DNA of 64,000 nucleotides from an uncultured Solirubrobacterales bacterium (GCA_963796525.1 CAWCMD010000013.1:172230-236229), one strand, 5' to 3'; positions 25,771 to 38,222 are shown, counted from the first letter of the stretch. A program made the numbers and translations. Notes: generated by a model not told the origin, from the letters alone.

Positions 25771-28389
25771 TCACGGAAGATCGGGTGGGCTGTCGAGGTC
25801 GTCGGGCGGATTAGGTTCGTCTTCGTCGAGCGCCGGCGGGATGGCCTCGTCGTCGAGCGCGGGCGGAGTCGGTTCCTCGCCGCCCTCGAGCACCGGCGGG
25901 GTGGCCTCGTCGTCGAGCACCGGCGCCGCCGTCGACGCCTCGGACTCGACCACCAGCGCCACAGCGCTCACCTGGTCGTCGTCACGGATGTTCATCACCT
26001 TGACGCCCTGCGAGGCGCGGCCATAGCGGTTGATGCCGCGCACCGACGTACGTTGGACCATCCCACCCTGAGAGATGAACACGAGCTCCTGGTGCTCGCG
26101 GACGACAAGCGCGCCGGCAAGTTGACCCTTGTTCTCCGTCAGCGTGATCGTCTTGACGCCCATCGTGCCGCGACCCTTGACGGGGTACTCCGGGATCGGC
26201 GTCCGCTTGCCGTAGCCGTTCTCGGTGACCACGAGCAGCTCTTGGTCATCGCGCGCAACGTCCATCGCGAGCACGGCGTTGCCACGCTGCGAGACGTTCA
26301 TGCCACGCACGCCTGTGGTGTCCCGGCCCATCGAGCGCACCTTGTTCTCGTGGAAGCGGGCCGCCTGACCCGAACGCGAGACCATGATGATGTCGTCGTT
26401 GCCGCTGGTGCGCCGCACGGCAATCAGCTCGTCATCCTCGAGGATCTTGATCGCGATGATGCCGTCCGCCTTGATCGGCGTGTTGTAGGCACCGAACTCG
26501 GTCTTCTTGACGGTGCCGTTGCGAGTCGCGAACACGAGGTACTTGCCCTCGCTGAAGTCGCGCGTCGAGAGCACGGACTGGACGCGCTCGCCCTCGCGCA
26601 GTGGCAGCAGGTTGACGAGCGCACGCCCGCGGGCCGTCCGCGAGGCCTCCGGCAGCTCGTAGACCTTGAGCCGGTACACCTTGCCGCGGTTCGTGAAGAA
26701 CAGGAGGTAGTCGTGCGTCGAGGACACAAACAGGTGCTCGATGTAGTCGTCCTCCTTCATGTCCATCCCGGTCACGCCGACGCCACCGCGGCGTTGCTGG
26801 CGGTAGGTGGAGAGGGGCAGCGACTTGATGTAGCCGGAGTGGGTTATCGAGATCACCATCTGCTGGTCGGCGATCAGATCCTCGACGTCGATCTCCCCTT
26901 CGGCGTGGACGATCTCGGTCCGGCGATCATCGCCGTAGGACTCGGCGATCTCGCCCAGCTCCTCTTTGATCAGCGCGTAGATCTTGTCCTCGTCGCCGAG
27001 GATCTCGCGCAGTTCCTTGATTCGCTCGAGCAGGTCGGCGTGCTCCTGCTTGATCTTGTCCGCCTCGAGCGCGGTCAGCCGGCTGAGGGTCAGCTGGAGG
27101 ATCGCCTGGGCCTGGACGACGGTCAGCTCGAATCGCTCGACCAGCCCGTTACGCGCGGTCTCGGGGTCGCGCGAGCTTCGGATCAGCGCAATCACTTCGT
27201 CGAGGTTTGCCAGCGCGACCAACAGGCCCTCGAGCACGTGGGCCCGCTCTTCGGCGCGGCGCAGCTCGTACTGGGTCCGCCTCACGATGACCTCGCGCTG
27301 ATGGTCGACGTAGTGGGCGATCACCTCGCGCAGCGACAGCGTGCGCGGGACGTTGTCCACGAGCGCGACCATGTTCACGCCGAACGTCGTCTGCATCGGC
27401 GTGTGCTTGAAGAGCTTGTTGAGAACGACCTTCGGAATCGCGTCGCGCTTTAGCTCGATCACGATCCGCATGCCGTGGCGGTCGGACTCGTCCCGGATGT
27501 CGGTGATCTCCGAGACCTTCTTGTCGTGTACGAGTCCGGCGATCTTCTCGATCAGGCCGCCATCGCCGCCTTTGCGAACCTGGAACGGCAGCTCGGTGAC
27601 GATGATCGCCTCCTTGCCCTGCTGGATCGGCTCGATGTGCGCCTTTGCCTGAACCCGGATCCGGCCGCGTCCCGTGCGGTAGGCCTCCCGAATCCCCTCC
27701 CGCCCGAGGATCGTCCCCGAGGTCGGGAAGTCCGGTCCCTTGATGTGCTTCATCAGGCCTTCGGCATCGATGCTTGGATCATCGATGTAGGCGATCACCC
27801 CCTTGACGACCTCGCGCAGATTGTGCGGCGGAATGTTCGTCGCCATCCCCACCGCGATCCCGGAGCCGCCGTTGACCAGCAGGTTGGGGAAACGCGAGGG
27901 AAGAACCAGCGGCTCATTCTTCGTGCCGTCGTAGTTGGGCGCGAAGTCGACCGTCTCCTGGTCGATGTCGCGCAGCATCTCGGTCGCGAGCGCGTCGAGA
28001 CGTGCCTCCGTATAGCGCATCGCCGCCGCGCCCCAACCATCGATGTTCCCGAAGTTCCCATGTCCGTCGACGAGCGGGTAGCGCATCGAGAAGTCCTGCG
28101 CCATCCGCGCGAGCGTGTCGTAGATGGCCGAGTCCCCGTGAGGGTGGTACTTGCCCATCACCTCGCCGACGATCGTCGCGCACTTGACGTGTTTGCGTGG
28201 AGGCCGCAGGCCGAGCTCGTTCATCGCGAACAGGATTCGCCGGTGCACGGGCTTGAGCCCGTCTCGAACGTCGGGCAGCGCGCGCCCGACGATCACCGAC
28301 ATCGCGTAGTCGAGATACGCCGAGCGCATCTCCTCCTCGAGCCCGCGCGGCTCGATGTTGCCGCCGCCGATGGTGTCGATCGATGCCAT
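25771..28389 (-). CDS. gyrA: DNA gyrase subunit A with acidic/Pro-rich C-terminal tail
   Basis: [18 protein letters not shown] and a six-blade C-terminal domain. The last ~60 aa are low complexity ([34 protein letters not shown]). Confidence 0.95.
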   Translation of the reverse strand: MASIDTIGGGNIEPRGLEEEMRSAYLDYAMSVIVGRALPDVRDGLKPVHRRILFAMNELGLRPPRKHVKCATIVGEVMGKYHPHGDSAIYDTLARMAQDFSMRYPLVDGHGNFGNIDGWGAAAMRYTEARLDALATEMLRDIDQETVDFAPNYDGTKNEPLVLPSRFPNLLVNGGSGIAVGMATNIPPHNLREVVKGVIAYIDDPSIDAEGLMKHIKGPDFPTSGTILGREGIREAYRTGRGRIRVQAKAHIEPIQQGKEAIIVTELPFQVRKGGDGGLIEKIAGLVHDKKVSEITDIRDESDRHGMRIVIELKRDAIPKVVLNKLFKHTPMQTTFGVNMVALVDNVPRTLSLREVIAHYVDHQREVIVRRTQYELRRAEERAHVLEGLLVALANLDEVIALIRSSRDPETARNGLVERFELTVVQAQAILQLTLSRLTALEADKIKQEHADLLERIKELREILGDEDKIYALIKEELGEIAESYGDDRRTEIVHAEGEIDVEDLIADQQMVISITHSGYIKSLPLSTYRQQRRGGVGVTGMDMKEDDYIEHLFVSSTHDYLLFFTNRGKVYRLKVYELPEASRTARGRALVNLLPLREGERVQSVLSTRDFSEGKYLVFATRNGTVKKTEFGAYNTPIKADGIIAIKILEDDELIAVRRTSGNDDIIMVSRSGQAARFHENKVRSMGRDTTGVRGMNVSQRGNAVLAMDVARDDQELLVVTENGYGKRTPIPEYPVKGRGTMGVKTITLTENKGQLAGALVVREHQELVFISQGGMVQRTSVRGINRYGRASQGVKVMNIRDDDQVSAVALVVESEASTAAPVLDDEATPPVLEGGEEPTPPALDDEAIPPALDEDEPNPPDDLDSPPDLP

Positions 28390-28399
28390 CGCCAGCCTC

Positions 28400-30937
<2,538 letters not shown>

Positions 30938-31102
30938 TCAAGCGTGCGTATTTTGCCTGCAAATTGACTTAAATCAGTAACAAAATCGGGCTCGCGCGGA
31001 AGGGTCCCCACGTCACCCCGGCATAGCCGCTGCCGGGGGTGTCGGTGGGCGGCTCGCCGACCCCGGCTCGCGGGCCCATATCCGGGCCCGCACGCGCTCC
31101 CG

Positions 31103-31417
31103 CTAGCGCCGGTCGGACGCCGGCACGGCGACGCACCTCAAGCGTTCGACCCGTCCTCGCCGCAGGCAGGCGTTGAGCCGCTCGACGATCGTGGTCCCCA
31201 TCAGGTCGAGCTCCTGCGCCCAGACCGATGCGCTGCAGGAAACGGTGACGACCCCGCCGCGCTCGGCCGTGGGGGACGCCTCCGCCGCGATCGCCTCGCC
31301 GACTGCGTCCGGCCACGCGCGTTGCACCTCGGCGAGCACGCTGTCCGGAGCCAGCTGATCGCGCAGCGAATCGAATGCCGAGCTCATCGGGCGCGGGCCG
31401 CTGCGGAATTTGGTCAC
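31103..31417 (-). CDS. dciA: DUF721/DciA-family protein
   Basis: 104 aa. VQRAWPDAVGEAIAAEASPTAERGGVVTVSCSASVWAQELDLM...ERLN is the DUF721 pattern. It lies between recF and gyrB as in other actinobacteria, and overlaps the recF stop by 4 nt. Confidence 0.8.
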   Translation of the reverse strand: MTKFRSGPRPMSSAFDSLRDQLAPDSVLAEVQRAWPDAVGEAIAAEASPTAERGGVVTVSCSASVWAQELDLMGTTIVERLNACLRRGRVERLRCVAVPASDRR

Positions 31418-32532
31418 ACCGCCCGCCCCGCCGGCGCGCAGGCCTCCTGCGTGATGCGCCCACCCTCGACCGCCAGCCGCATCACGTCCGCCTCCCGCGC
31501 ACCCGGCACATGCTCCAGATCAGTCGTTGTGATCACCGACTGGCCGCCGCCGCGCAACAACTCGACCAGAGCCGCACGCCGACTGCCGTCGAGCTCGCTC
31601 ATCACGTCGTCGAGCAGCATCAACGGGGTGCTGTCCCGTACGCCGGCGAGCGCCTCCCGTTCTGCCAGGAGCAGCGCCAGGAGCGCCAGCCGCTGCTGAC
31701 CCTGCGATCCGTACGCCCGCAGCTCGCGTCCCTCGCGCAGGGTCGCGAGATCGTCGCGGTGAGGCCCGTGGCCGGTGAAGCCGCGCTCGAGGTCGGCCTC
31801 CACGCGGTCCGCCAGCTCGGCCACAAGCTGATCGGCGTCCGCGGCGCGCGAACGAGGCCGATAGACGACCGTCGGCTCCCCGTCCAGTCCAAGCTCCTCA
31901 CCCAGCCGACGGAAGTGAGGAGCGATCGCATCGGCCGCACTGGCTCGGTCGCCCATCAGCGCCAGGCCGTGACGAGCCAGCTGAGCATCCCAAGGCGCGA
32001 GTGACTCCCGGCCGCCCCGCCCGGAGCGGATCCGCACCAGCAGCGCGTTGCGCTGCGCCAGCGCCTGCGCATAGGCGCGCCGCGTCGCCACCCGGGCGGG
32101 CCACATCGCCGCGACGAACTGATCGAGGTGGGCGCGGCGAACCGCCGGCGCACCCTTGATCAGCTCGAGCCGGTCGGGCAGGAAGACGCTCACGAGCGGG
32201 CGCCCTGGCACGTCGAGCAGCCGCTCGACGGTTGCTCCGTCTGCGCGCATGCGCTTCGGCTGCCCCGGCTCGAATCCGACCGCAAGCTGATGAGCGCCGT
32301 CGAGCGCCTCGGTGTCGACGACCACGCGAGTCCCGGACGCCCCGAAGCGCACCACCTCGCGCTCGTTGGTCGTCCGGCAGGACCGGCCGGTGCAGCCGAA
32401 GTAGAGCGCCTCCAACAGATTGGTCTTGCCCGCACCGTTGGGACCCGAGATGACCGTCAGCCGCTCGCCCAGCCCGACCCGCGCCTCTTCGTAACCGCGG
32501 AAGTTGCGGACGCTGAGCCCGACGACTCTCAC
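31414..32532 (-). CDS. recF: DNA replication and repair protein RecF
   Basis: GPNGAGKTNLLEALY Walker A, an SMC-like signature (SQGQQRLALLALLLAE) and LLDDVMSELD. Confidence 0.95.
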   Translation of the reverse strand: MRVVGLSVRNFRGYEEARVGLGERLTVISGPNGAGKTNLLEALYFGCTGRSCRTTNEREVVRFGASGTRVVVDTEALDGAHQLAVGFEPGQPKRMRADGATVERLLDVPGRPLVSVFLPDRLELIKGAPAVRRAHLDQFVAAMWPARVATRRAYAQALAQRNALLVRIRSGRGGRESLAPWDAQLARHGLALMGDRASAADAIAPHFRRLGEELGLDGEPTVVYRPRSRAADADQLVAELADRVEADLERGFTGHGPHRDDLATLREGRELRAYGSQGQQRLALLALLLAEREALAGVRDSTPLMLLDDVMSELDGSRRAALVELLRGGGQSVITTTDLEHVPGAREADVMRLAVEGGRITQEACAPAGRAV

Positions 32533-32559
32533 GAAAGCAAACCGGGGAGCCGGGGCCGG

Positions 32560-33672
32560 TTAGACGTTCAAGCGGATCGGCATGATCAGGTACTTGAAGC
32601 GGCTCTCGTCGGCGGACTCGATCAAGCCGGGACGCAAAGGGCTGATCAGCTTCAGCAGCACATCGCCCTCCGCGATCGCCTCGAGGCCGTCGCGCAGGAA
32701 CTCCGGGTTGAAGCCGATCTCGAGCGGCTCTCCCTGGAAGGCGACCGGCAGCGACTCCTGTGCCTCGCCCACGTCGGGCGTCTGCGCGGAGACCGTCAGC
32801 TCGCCCTGCTGGAAGGCGAGTCGCAGTGGCGCATTCTTCTGCGCCAGCAGACTGATCCGGCGCACGACGTCGGTGAGCTCGCCTCCGGCCACGCGAAGCT
32901 CGTGCTCAAAGCTCTCGGGCAGCAGCTGCCGGTAGTTCGGAAATTGCCCGTCGATCAGCCGCGAGGAGAGGATCACGCGGCCGAGCACAAACAGCACCTG
33001 GTTCTGGCGAACGCTCACCTGGAGCTCGTCGTCCGCGGCCGCATGGCCGGCCACTCGCGCCAGCTCCTGCAGCGCCCGGGCCGGCACGTTGACCTCGAAC
33101 CCGGCTGAGAGCGGGGCTTCAAGCGCAGTCTCCTTGACGCTCAGCCGGTACGAGTCGGTCGCCACCATTCGCAATTCGCGATCGGACGCCGACACAAGGA
33201 TCCCGGTCAGCACCGGCCGGGTTTCATCACGCGACGCCGACCCGGCGACCTTGAGCGCCGTCGAGACGAACGCCTCGGTTGGGACAGAGATCGAGCTCTC
33301 GGGATCGGGCTCCGGGAAGGGCGGGAAGTCCTCGGCTCGCAGCGTGCGGATATGGAAGGTCGCGTTGCCGGACACGAGCTCGACGTCCTGCTCGGCGGAC
33401 CGCAGCTCGAGCGATACGTTCGGCGCGGGAAGCGACCGAACGACATCGAGGATCAATCGCGCCGGCAGGACGACGACGCCGTCGCGGGCGATGTCCGCCT
33501 CCAGCGGAACCCGGAGTCCGACGTCCATGTCTGTGGCTCGCAACTCGCACGCATTCGACGCCGCCGAGATCTGTACGCCTGATAGCGCCTGGATCGCGCT
33601 TCGTGTCGAGGCGACACGGCCGACAGTCTGGAGCTGGCCGAGCAGGACATCCCGCTCGAGGGAAATCTTCAC
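32560..33672 (-). CDS. dnaN: DNA polymerase III beta sliding clamp
   Basis: VKISLERDVLLGQLQTVGRVAS... with three-domain clamp length (~371 aa). The GTG at 33672 is preceded by GAGG 9 nt upstream. The track ORF extends to 33813, into the dnaA 3' end. Confidence 0.9.
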   Translation of the reverse strand: MKISLERDVLLGQLQTVGRVASTRSAIQALSGVQISAASNACELRATDMDVGLRVPLEADIARDGVVVLPARLILDVVRSLPAPNVSLELRSAEQDVELVSGNATFHIRTLRAEDFPPFPEPDPESSISVPTEAFVSTALKVAGSASRDETRPVLTGILVSASDRELRMVATDSYRLSVKETALEAPLSAGFEVNVPARALQELARVAGHAAADDELQVSVRQNQVLFVLGRVILSSRLIDGQFPNYRQLLPESFEHELRVAGGELTDVVRRISLLAQKNAPLRLAFQQGELTVSAQTPDVGEAQESLPVAFQGEPLEIGFNPEFLRDGLEAIAEGDVLLKLISPLRPGLIESADESRFKYLIMPIRLNV

Positions 33673-33719
33673 GATGAATACCTCAGAAGGAAGGAAGCAG
33701 TCATAGGGCGAATAGAAGG

Positions 33720-33728
33720 TGTGGATAA
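33720..33728 (-). promoter_or_regulatory. perfect DnaA box (TTATCCACA on the minus strand)
   Basis: The plus strand reads TGTGGATAA inside the 115-bp dnaA-dnaN spacer. Confidence 0.7.
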
Positions 33729-33787
33729 GTCTGCAATCGTCCGCTCCTGGCGGGAAAAGTGTGTGTTCGCAAAGGCAGGGAAGTCTG

Positions 33788-35164
33788 TCAGCAGGAGCGG
33801 TCGTCGTGTTCACGCTTCAGGATCTGCGCAAGGGCGTCGAGCTCTGCAGCTACTTGAGGATCAGTTGTTAGACGGTCCGAGACGCGTTTGCAGGCGTGCA
33901 CGACCGTGGCGTGGTTGCGTTTCCCGAACGCGTCGCCGATGTCGTGCAGGGAGGTGTTGGTGAGCTCGCGCGAGAAGTAGATCGCGAGCTGGCGGGGCCA
34001 CGCGATGCGCGCCTGACGACCGGGAGAGATCAGCTCGGGCACGGAGAGCTCATAGTGGGAGGCGACTGCCGCTTGGATGTCCGCCACGGACAGCGAATCG
34101 CGTCCGACGGACGGGTACATGGTGTCGAGAACCGTGCGCGCGAGTTCGCTGTCGATCGGCTGCCGCGTCAGCGAGTGGTAGGCGACGATCCTGATCAGAG
34201 CCCCTTCCAGTGCGCGGACGTTGTCGACGACGCGCTCGGCGATGAGCTCGAGGACCTGCGGGTCGGCGAGCGCGATGCGATCGAGGGCTGCCCGCTTGCG
34301 GAGGATTGCGACCCGAGTGGCGAAGTCTGGCGGCCGGATGTCGGCCACGAGGCCGGACTCGAAGCGTTCGCGCAGTCGCTCCTCCACGGCCACGAGTTGG
34401 CGCGGGAGGCGATCGCAGGTCAGTACGAGCTGACGACCGGTCTCGTACAAGGCGTTGAACGTGTGGAAGAACTCCTCTTCGGTCTTTGCCTTGCTCGCGA
34501 GGAACTGCACGTCGTCGATCAGCAGCACGTCGGCGTCACGGTAGGCCTGCTTGAAACGGTCCAGTGAGCGCGTGCTCAGCGCGGAGATGAAGTGGTTGGT
34601 GAATGACTCGACGGTCGTGTAGCGGACGGTGGCGCCGCCCCCGAACGCGATCACATAGTTGCCGATCGCGTGAAGGAGATGGGTCTTCCCGAGGCCGGGC
34701 GGCGCGTGTAGGAACAGGGGGTTGTACGCCTGGCCGGGGAGCTCCGCGACGGCGAGCGATGCAGCGTGTGCAAGGCGATTGCCGTCGCCGATGATGAACT
34801 GCTCAAAGCTGTAGCGCGGGTTGAACTGCGTGACCGACTGGAAGTGAGGTCCCCAGCCACCTCCTGAAGGCGTCACGCCTGCGGGTCCGTCCAGCGCGTC
34901 CTTTGCTTGTGCGCCGGCGAACGCGACCTCGATGGCGGTGCCGGCCACGGTCCGCGCGCACGTTTCCAGCGCGCGGCCGAAGCGCTCGGCTACCCAGGCA
35001 CGCGTCGCAGGCGGAGCCTCGAGGAGAAGGACGGTGCCGTTCCACGCCTTGACCTCGAGCGGGGCGAGCCAGATCTCGTAGGTGGACTCGCCCACCATGC
35101 GACGCAGCTCGGCGCGGATCTCGCGCCAGGCAGAGGTCGGCTCGAGATGCGCAGGCAGCTCCAA
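33788..35164 (-). CDS. dnaA: chromosomal replication initiator DnaA
   Basis: FIIGDGNRLAHAAS, GPPGLGKTHLLHAIGN, LLIDDVQFL and a C-terminal DNA-binding domain (IAWPRQLAIYFSRELTNTSL..IGDAFGKRNHATVVHA). Confidence 0.95.
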   Translation of the reverse strand: MELPAHLEPTSAWREIRAELRRMVGESTYEIWLAPLEVKAWNGTVLLLEAPPATRAWVAERFGRALETCARTVAGTAIEVAFAGAQAKDALDGPAGVTPSGGGWGPHFQSVTQFNPRYSFEQFIIGDGNRLAHAASLAVAELPGQAYNPLFLHAPPGLGKTHLLHAIGNYVIAFGGGATVRYTTVESFTNHFISALSTRSLDRFKQAYRDADVLLIDDVQFLASKAKTEEEFFHTFNALYETGRQLVLTCDRLPRQLVAVEERLRERFESGLVADIRPPDFATRVAILRKRAALDRIALADPQVLELIAERVVDNVRALEGALIRIVAYHSLTRQPIDSELARTVLDTMYPSVGRDSLSVADIQAAVASHYELSVPELISPGRQARIAWPRQLAIYFSRELTNTSLHDIGDAFGKRNHATVVHACKRVSDRLTTDPQVAAELDALAQILKREHDDRSC

Positions 35165-35418
35165 GCGACTCCTTCCAAGGAGCGTCGTGGGAAACGATCA
35201 AGAGGGCCGGACGCGGGCGTCCGGGGTGGGCGAATATACCAGCGGCCTCTGGGCGGGATGGACGCCTGGCCGGGGTGTTGGCGCAAAGCGCGGGAAAAGG
35301 TTGTCAATCGCGGTTTGGGGTGGGCCGGCTCGTCGTTTGCAAAGCTCGGTTGCACCTTCGCCGGAGTGGCGTCCGGCGTGCGTATACTGAACCGCGACCC
35401 GCTTCGGGCCAGTGAGTT

Positions 35419-35553
35419 ATGAAACGCACGTATCAGCCAAAGAAGCGCAAACGCGCGCGGACGCACGGATTCCGCGCCCGCATGCGCACGCGCGCTGGCC
35501 GGCTCACCTTGAAGCGGCGTCGCGCGAAGGGCCGCAAAAGACTGACGGTGTGA
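35419..35553 (+). CDS. rpmH: 50S ribosomal protein L34
   Basis: Too short for the ORF track. ATG at 35419 gives [44 protein letters not shown], and the stop at 35551-35553 overlaps the rnpA ATG. Confidence 0.95.
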   Translation: MKRTYQPKKRKRARTHGFRARMRTRAGRLTLKRRRAKGRKRLTV

Positions 35554-35942
35554 TGCTCCGGTCGGGCGGGCGGGCTGAAGGAAGGCCGCGGCCCGGGCGA
35601 TCGAGGCTGTCTCGAAGCGCGGATTTCGACCGCGTTTTCCGCAATGGCCGCTCGCACGCCGGGCGCGAGTTGGTGCTCTACGTGTTCCCGCGCGAGCACG
35701 AGAACCCCCCGCGCCTGGGGCTGTCCGTGTCCCGCAAGGTCGGCGGTGCGGTCGAGCGCAACCGCGTCAAGCGGCTGCTTCGCGAGGCGTTCGCCGTGGA
35801 GGCGTCGCGGTTGCCTCCCGGAAGCGATGTGGTGGTCGTCGCGCGCACGGAGGCGAGGGCTCTCGCGGAGCGCGAGGGTTTGGAGGGGATGCGCCGCGCC
35901 CTCGCGGAGCTGATTGACCGGGTCGCGGAGGTCAGGTCGTGA
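35553..35942 (+). CDS. rnpA: ribonuclease P protein component
   Basis: RLSRSADFDRVFRNGRSHAGRELVLYVF...GLSVSRKVGGAVERNRVKRLLREAF. Start taken at the ATG overlapping the rpmH stop; the track ORF begins at 35412. Confidence 0.9.
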   Translation: MLRSGGRAEGRPRPGRSRLSRSADFDRVFRNGRSHAGRELVLYVFPREHENPPRLGLSVSRKVGGAVERNRVKRLLREAFAVEASRLPPGSDVVVVARTEARALAEREGLEGMRRALAELIDRVAEVRS

Positions 35943-36199
35943 GGGCGATCCGCACGGTGGTCGTGCTGCCGATTCGGCTCTACCAGAGGTTGATATCGCC
36001 GGCGCTCGGCCAGCGCTGCAAGTACTACCCCTCATGCTCAGAATACACCGCGCAGGCGATAGTGGAATACGGCATACTGCGCGGGCTGGTCCTCGGCGGC
36101 TGGCGGTTGCTGCGCTGCAACCCCTGGAGCCATGGGGGAATTGATCCCGTTGAGGAGCAGCGGCTCTTCAAGCCGCATATGCCGGCACAGAGCGTCTGA
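35939..36199 (+). CDS. yidD: membrane protein insertion efficiency factor YidD
   Basis: LYQRLISPALGQRCKYYPSCSEYTAQAIVEYGILRG...RLLRCNPW is the YidD signature. Confidence 0.9.
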   Translation: MRAIRTVVVLPIRLYQRLISPALGQRCKYYPSCSEYTAQAIVEYGILRGLVLGGWRLLRCNPWSHGGIDPVEEQRLFKPHMPAQSV

Positions 36200-36201
36200 T
36201 C

Positions 36202-37200
36202 ATGCTTCTCGCCGCGAACATCTTCCAGCCGCTGATCGACGTCTTCGAGTCGGTCCTCACCTTCTTCCACAACAGCCTTGGGATCCAGTGGGGCTGGTCG
36301 ATCGTGCTGCTGACGATCTGCGTCCGCGCGATCCTGATGCCGCTGACCGTCAAGCAGTTCCACTCGATGCAGAAGATGCAGCGGATCGCGCCGCAGATGA
36401 AGGAGCTGCAGCGCAAGTACAAGGACGACAAGCAGCGCCAGCAGCAGGAGCTGATGAAGCTCTACCAGGAGCACGGCGTCAACCCGTTCGCATCCTGCCT
36501 GCCGCTTGTTCTTCAGCTGCCGGTGTTCATCTCGCTGTACTACATGCTGCGCACGAGCCTGCGGATCGATATCTGCCCGCAGAGCCAGCCCGGCGCGCAC
36601 ATGGTCAACGGCCAGTGGATCGTGCCGTCGCACGCGCATACCGTGGCGTGCGGGCCCCACAACGGCGCGAGCTTCCTGTTCATCCCGGACCTGACCAACC
36701 ACGCCACGGGTGCCGTGCTGGTGACGCTGATCGTGCTCTACGTCGGCACGCAGCTGATCTCGAGCCTGATGATGTCGACGCCTCAGCAGGACCGCAACCA
36801 GCGCCTGCTGCTGATCTTCATGCCGCTCGTCTTCGTGTTCATCATGATCGGGATGCCGACCGGTGTGATGGTCTACTGGATCACCACGAACACCTGGACG
36901 ATCGGCCAGCAATACGTCGTGCGCAAGCGTCTCGGCCCAATGACCCCGATCACCTCGACGAGCGACGGTGACGGCGGCAGCCCCGGAAAGGGCGACGGCC
37001 CCGGTCGCGGAGGGCCTGACGGCGGCCCCAACGGCTCCAACGGTGGTGGTCGCGGGCTCAGCTCGATGATCCGCGACCGCCTGAGGCCGGCCGAGGAGCG
37101 CGAAAAGGCGGAGCGCGAGAAGGTGGCGGCCGCCACGCGCACGGCCGCACCGCCACCGCCGCCGCGCAAGAAGAAGAAACGTTCCGGACGCCGGAGGTAG
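36202..37200 (+). CDS. yidC: membrane protein insertase YidC
   Basis: WGWSIVLLTICVRAILMPLTVKQFHSMQKMQRIAPQMKELQRKYKDD... with multiple TM helices and a basic C-terminal tail (PPPRKKKKRSGRRR). Confidence 0.9.
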   Translation: MLLAANIFQPLIDVFESVLTFFHNSLGIQWGWSIVLLTICVRAILMPLTVKQFHSMQKMQRIAPQMKELQRKYKDDKQRQQQELMKLYQEHGVNPFASCLPLVLQLPVFISLYYMLRTSLRIDICPQSQPGAHMVNGQWIVPSHAHTVACGPHNGASFLFIPDLTNHATGAVLVTLIVLYVGTQLISSLMMSTPQQDRNQRLLLIFMPLVFVFIMIGMPTGVMVYWITTNTWTIGQQYVVRKRLGPMTPITSTSDGDGGSPGKGDGPGRGGPDGGPNGSNGGGRGLSSMIRDRLRPAEEREKAEREKVAAATRTAAPPPPPRKKKKRSGRRR

Positions 37201-37201
37201 C

Positions 37202-37669
37202 GTGTCTGAGCAGCTGAGCGAAGCGGGCGATCGCGTCCGCGAACTGTTGGAGCGCCTCGCGCAGGAGGCCGGGGTGGACGCGACCGTACGAGTGCGCGAG
37301 GACGACGAGGGGATTCACGCCGACTACGACGGCGACGACGTCGGACTCCTGATCGGCCACCACGGCCAGACGATCGACGCGATCCAGCACCTCGCCTACC
37401 GGATCGCCTACCGAGGCGTCCAGGACCGAAAGCGCGTCGCGGTCGACGCCGGCGGCTACCGCGAACGGCGAGCCGTTGCGCTGCGCGCGACCGCCGACCA
37501 GGCGGCGGAGACGGCCGTTCACGACGACCGCCCGGTCGCACTCGAGGCGATGAGCGCGATCGAGCGCAAGGTCGTCCACGAGCACCTGAAGACCAGGCGC
37601 GACGTCGAGACCTACAGCGAGGGCGAGGAACCAGACCGCCGGCTCGTGGTCGCCCCCCTCGTGGGCTGA
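37202..37669 (+). CDS. jag: Jag/KhpB RNA-binding protein (KH + R3H)
   Basis: LLIGHHGQTIDAIQHLA (KH-like) and DAGGYRERR...LEAMSAIERKVVHEHLK (R3H). Conserved position after yidC. Confidence 0.85.
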   Translation: MSEQLSEAGDRVRELLERLAQEAGVDATVRVREDDEGIHADYDGDDVGLLIGHHGQTIDAIQHLAYRIAYRGVQDRKRVAVDAGGYRERRAVALRATADQAAETAVHDDRPVALEAMSAIERKVVHEHLKTRRDVETYSEGEEPDRRLVVAPLVG

Positions 37670-37876
37670 CCGCCGGCGTTCGGGAGAGGGGCCGCCTTCG
37701 GCGGCGTCCATGGGGCCATGCGGCCCCGTCCGGACCAGCTTTGGCAGGTCGTGCTGTGTGCTCGGTGGCTTTCGCAGGGCCGCCCCCGTCCATGCCCATT
37801 CCGCCGGCCATCCATGGCCGGCGGGCGACCCCCTCACGCAGACACCAGCCTCCACCATAAGCACGAGGGGGGAGAA

Positions 37877-38046
37877 CCCCGATTTCGTTACATCTCGACC
37901 GCCGCGGTGGGCAACGCGTAACGAAATCGGTGCCACAGCGCGCATTTCGTTACACGTTGCCGGGGCGAGCGGTCGCTCTGTAACGAAATCGGGGCTGCCG
38001 GACGTCCCATCCCCTCCTCGAAAGCCAAATACGAGGCAGACCAGCC
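37877..38046. repeat. copy B of the 170-bp double-hairpin element (perfect arms)
   Basis: Arms are 37879-37891/37918-37930 (13/13 bp) and 37944-37954/37979-37989 (11/11 bp). All are versions of ATTTCGTTAC in alternating orientation. It is homologous to 23882-24051. Confidence 0.8.
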
Positions 38047-38195
38047 CCAAGGCCCCCGGCCGAAGGCCGGGAAGCTGAGGCGCCAGCCGACGCGCCCATC
38101 CTGGCCAAGCATGCGCCAGCCAATACACGCCCCTCCAAAGCAGGCCCGGACGGGGCCGCCCGGCCCCACGGACGCCGCCACAGGCGGCCCCCACC

Positions 38196-38222
38196 GTTTC
38201 ACGTTTTTCTTGACGGTGAAAC
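38196..38222. promoter_or_regulatory. split parS-like site: GTTTCAC - 13 nt - GTGAAAC
   Basis: Both 7-nt halves equal the halves of the actinobacterial parS core GTTTCACGTGAAAC. They are separated by gtttttcttgacg, 29 nt upstream of the LAGLIDADG-like ORF and about 1.1 kb upstream of parA. Confidence 0.5.

Noticed and set aside
25375-27453. 692-aa plus-strand ORF; other long shadow ORFs at 10517..11539, 13940..15688, 36873..38233 and 39844..41115
   Set aside because: All lie antisense or out of frame to strongly supported genes (gyrA, pknB, rodA/pbpA, yidC/jag, parB). They have the Arg/Gly/Pro/Asp bias typical of stop-poor frames in high-GC DNA.
35165-35418. rpmH-dnaA spacer examined as oriC
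   Set aside because: No perfect or near-perfect DnaA boxes and no clear AT-rich unwinding element were visible by eye. It cannot be called oriC without a matrix scan.
37879-37989. Hairpin arms considered as parS or DnaA boxes
   Set aside because: ATTTCGTTACA/TGTAACGAAAT does not match the parS halves (GTTTCAC/GTGAAAC) or TTATCCACA beyond 4-5 positions. The only parS-like sequence is the separate split site at 38196-38222.
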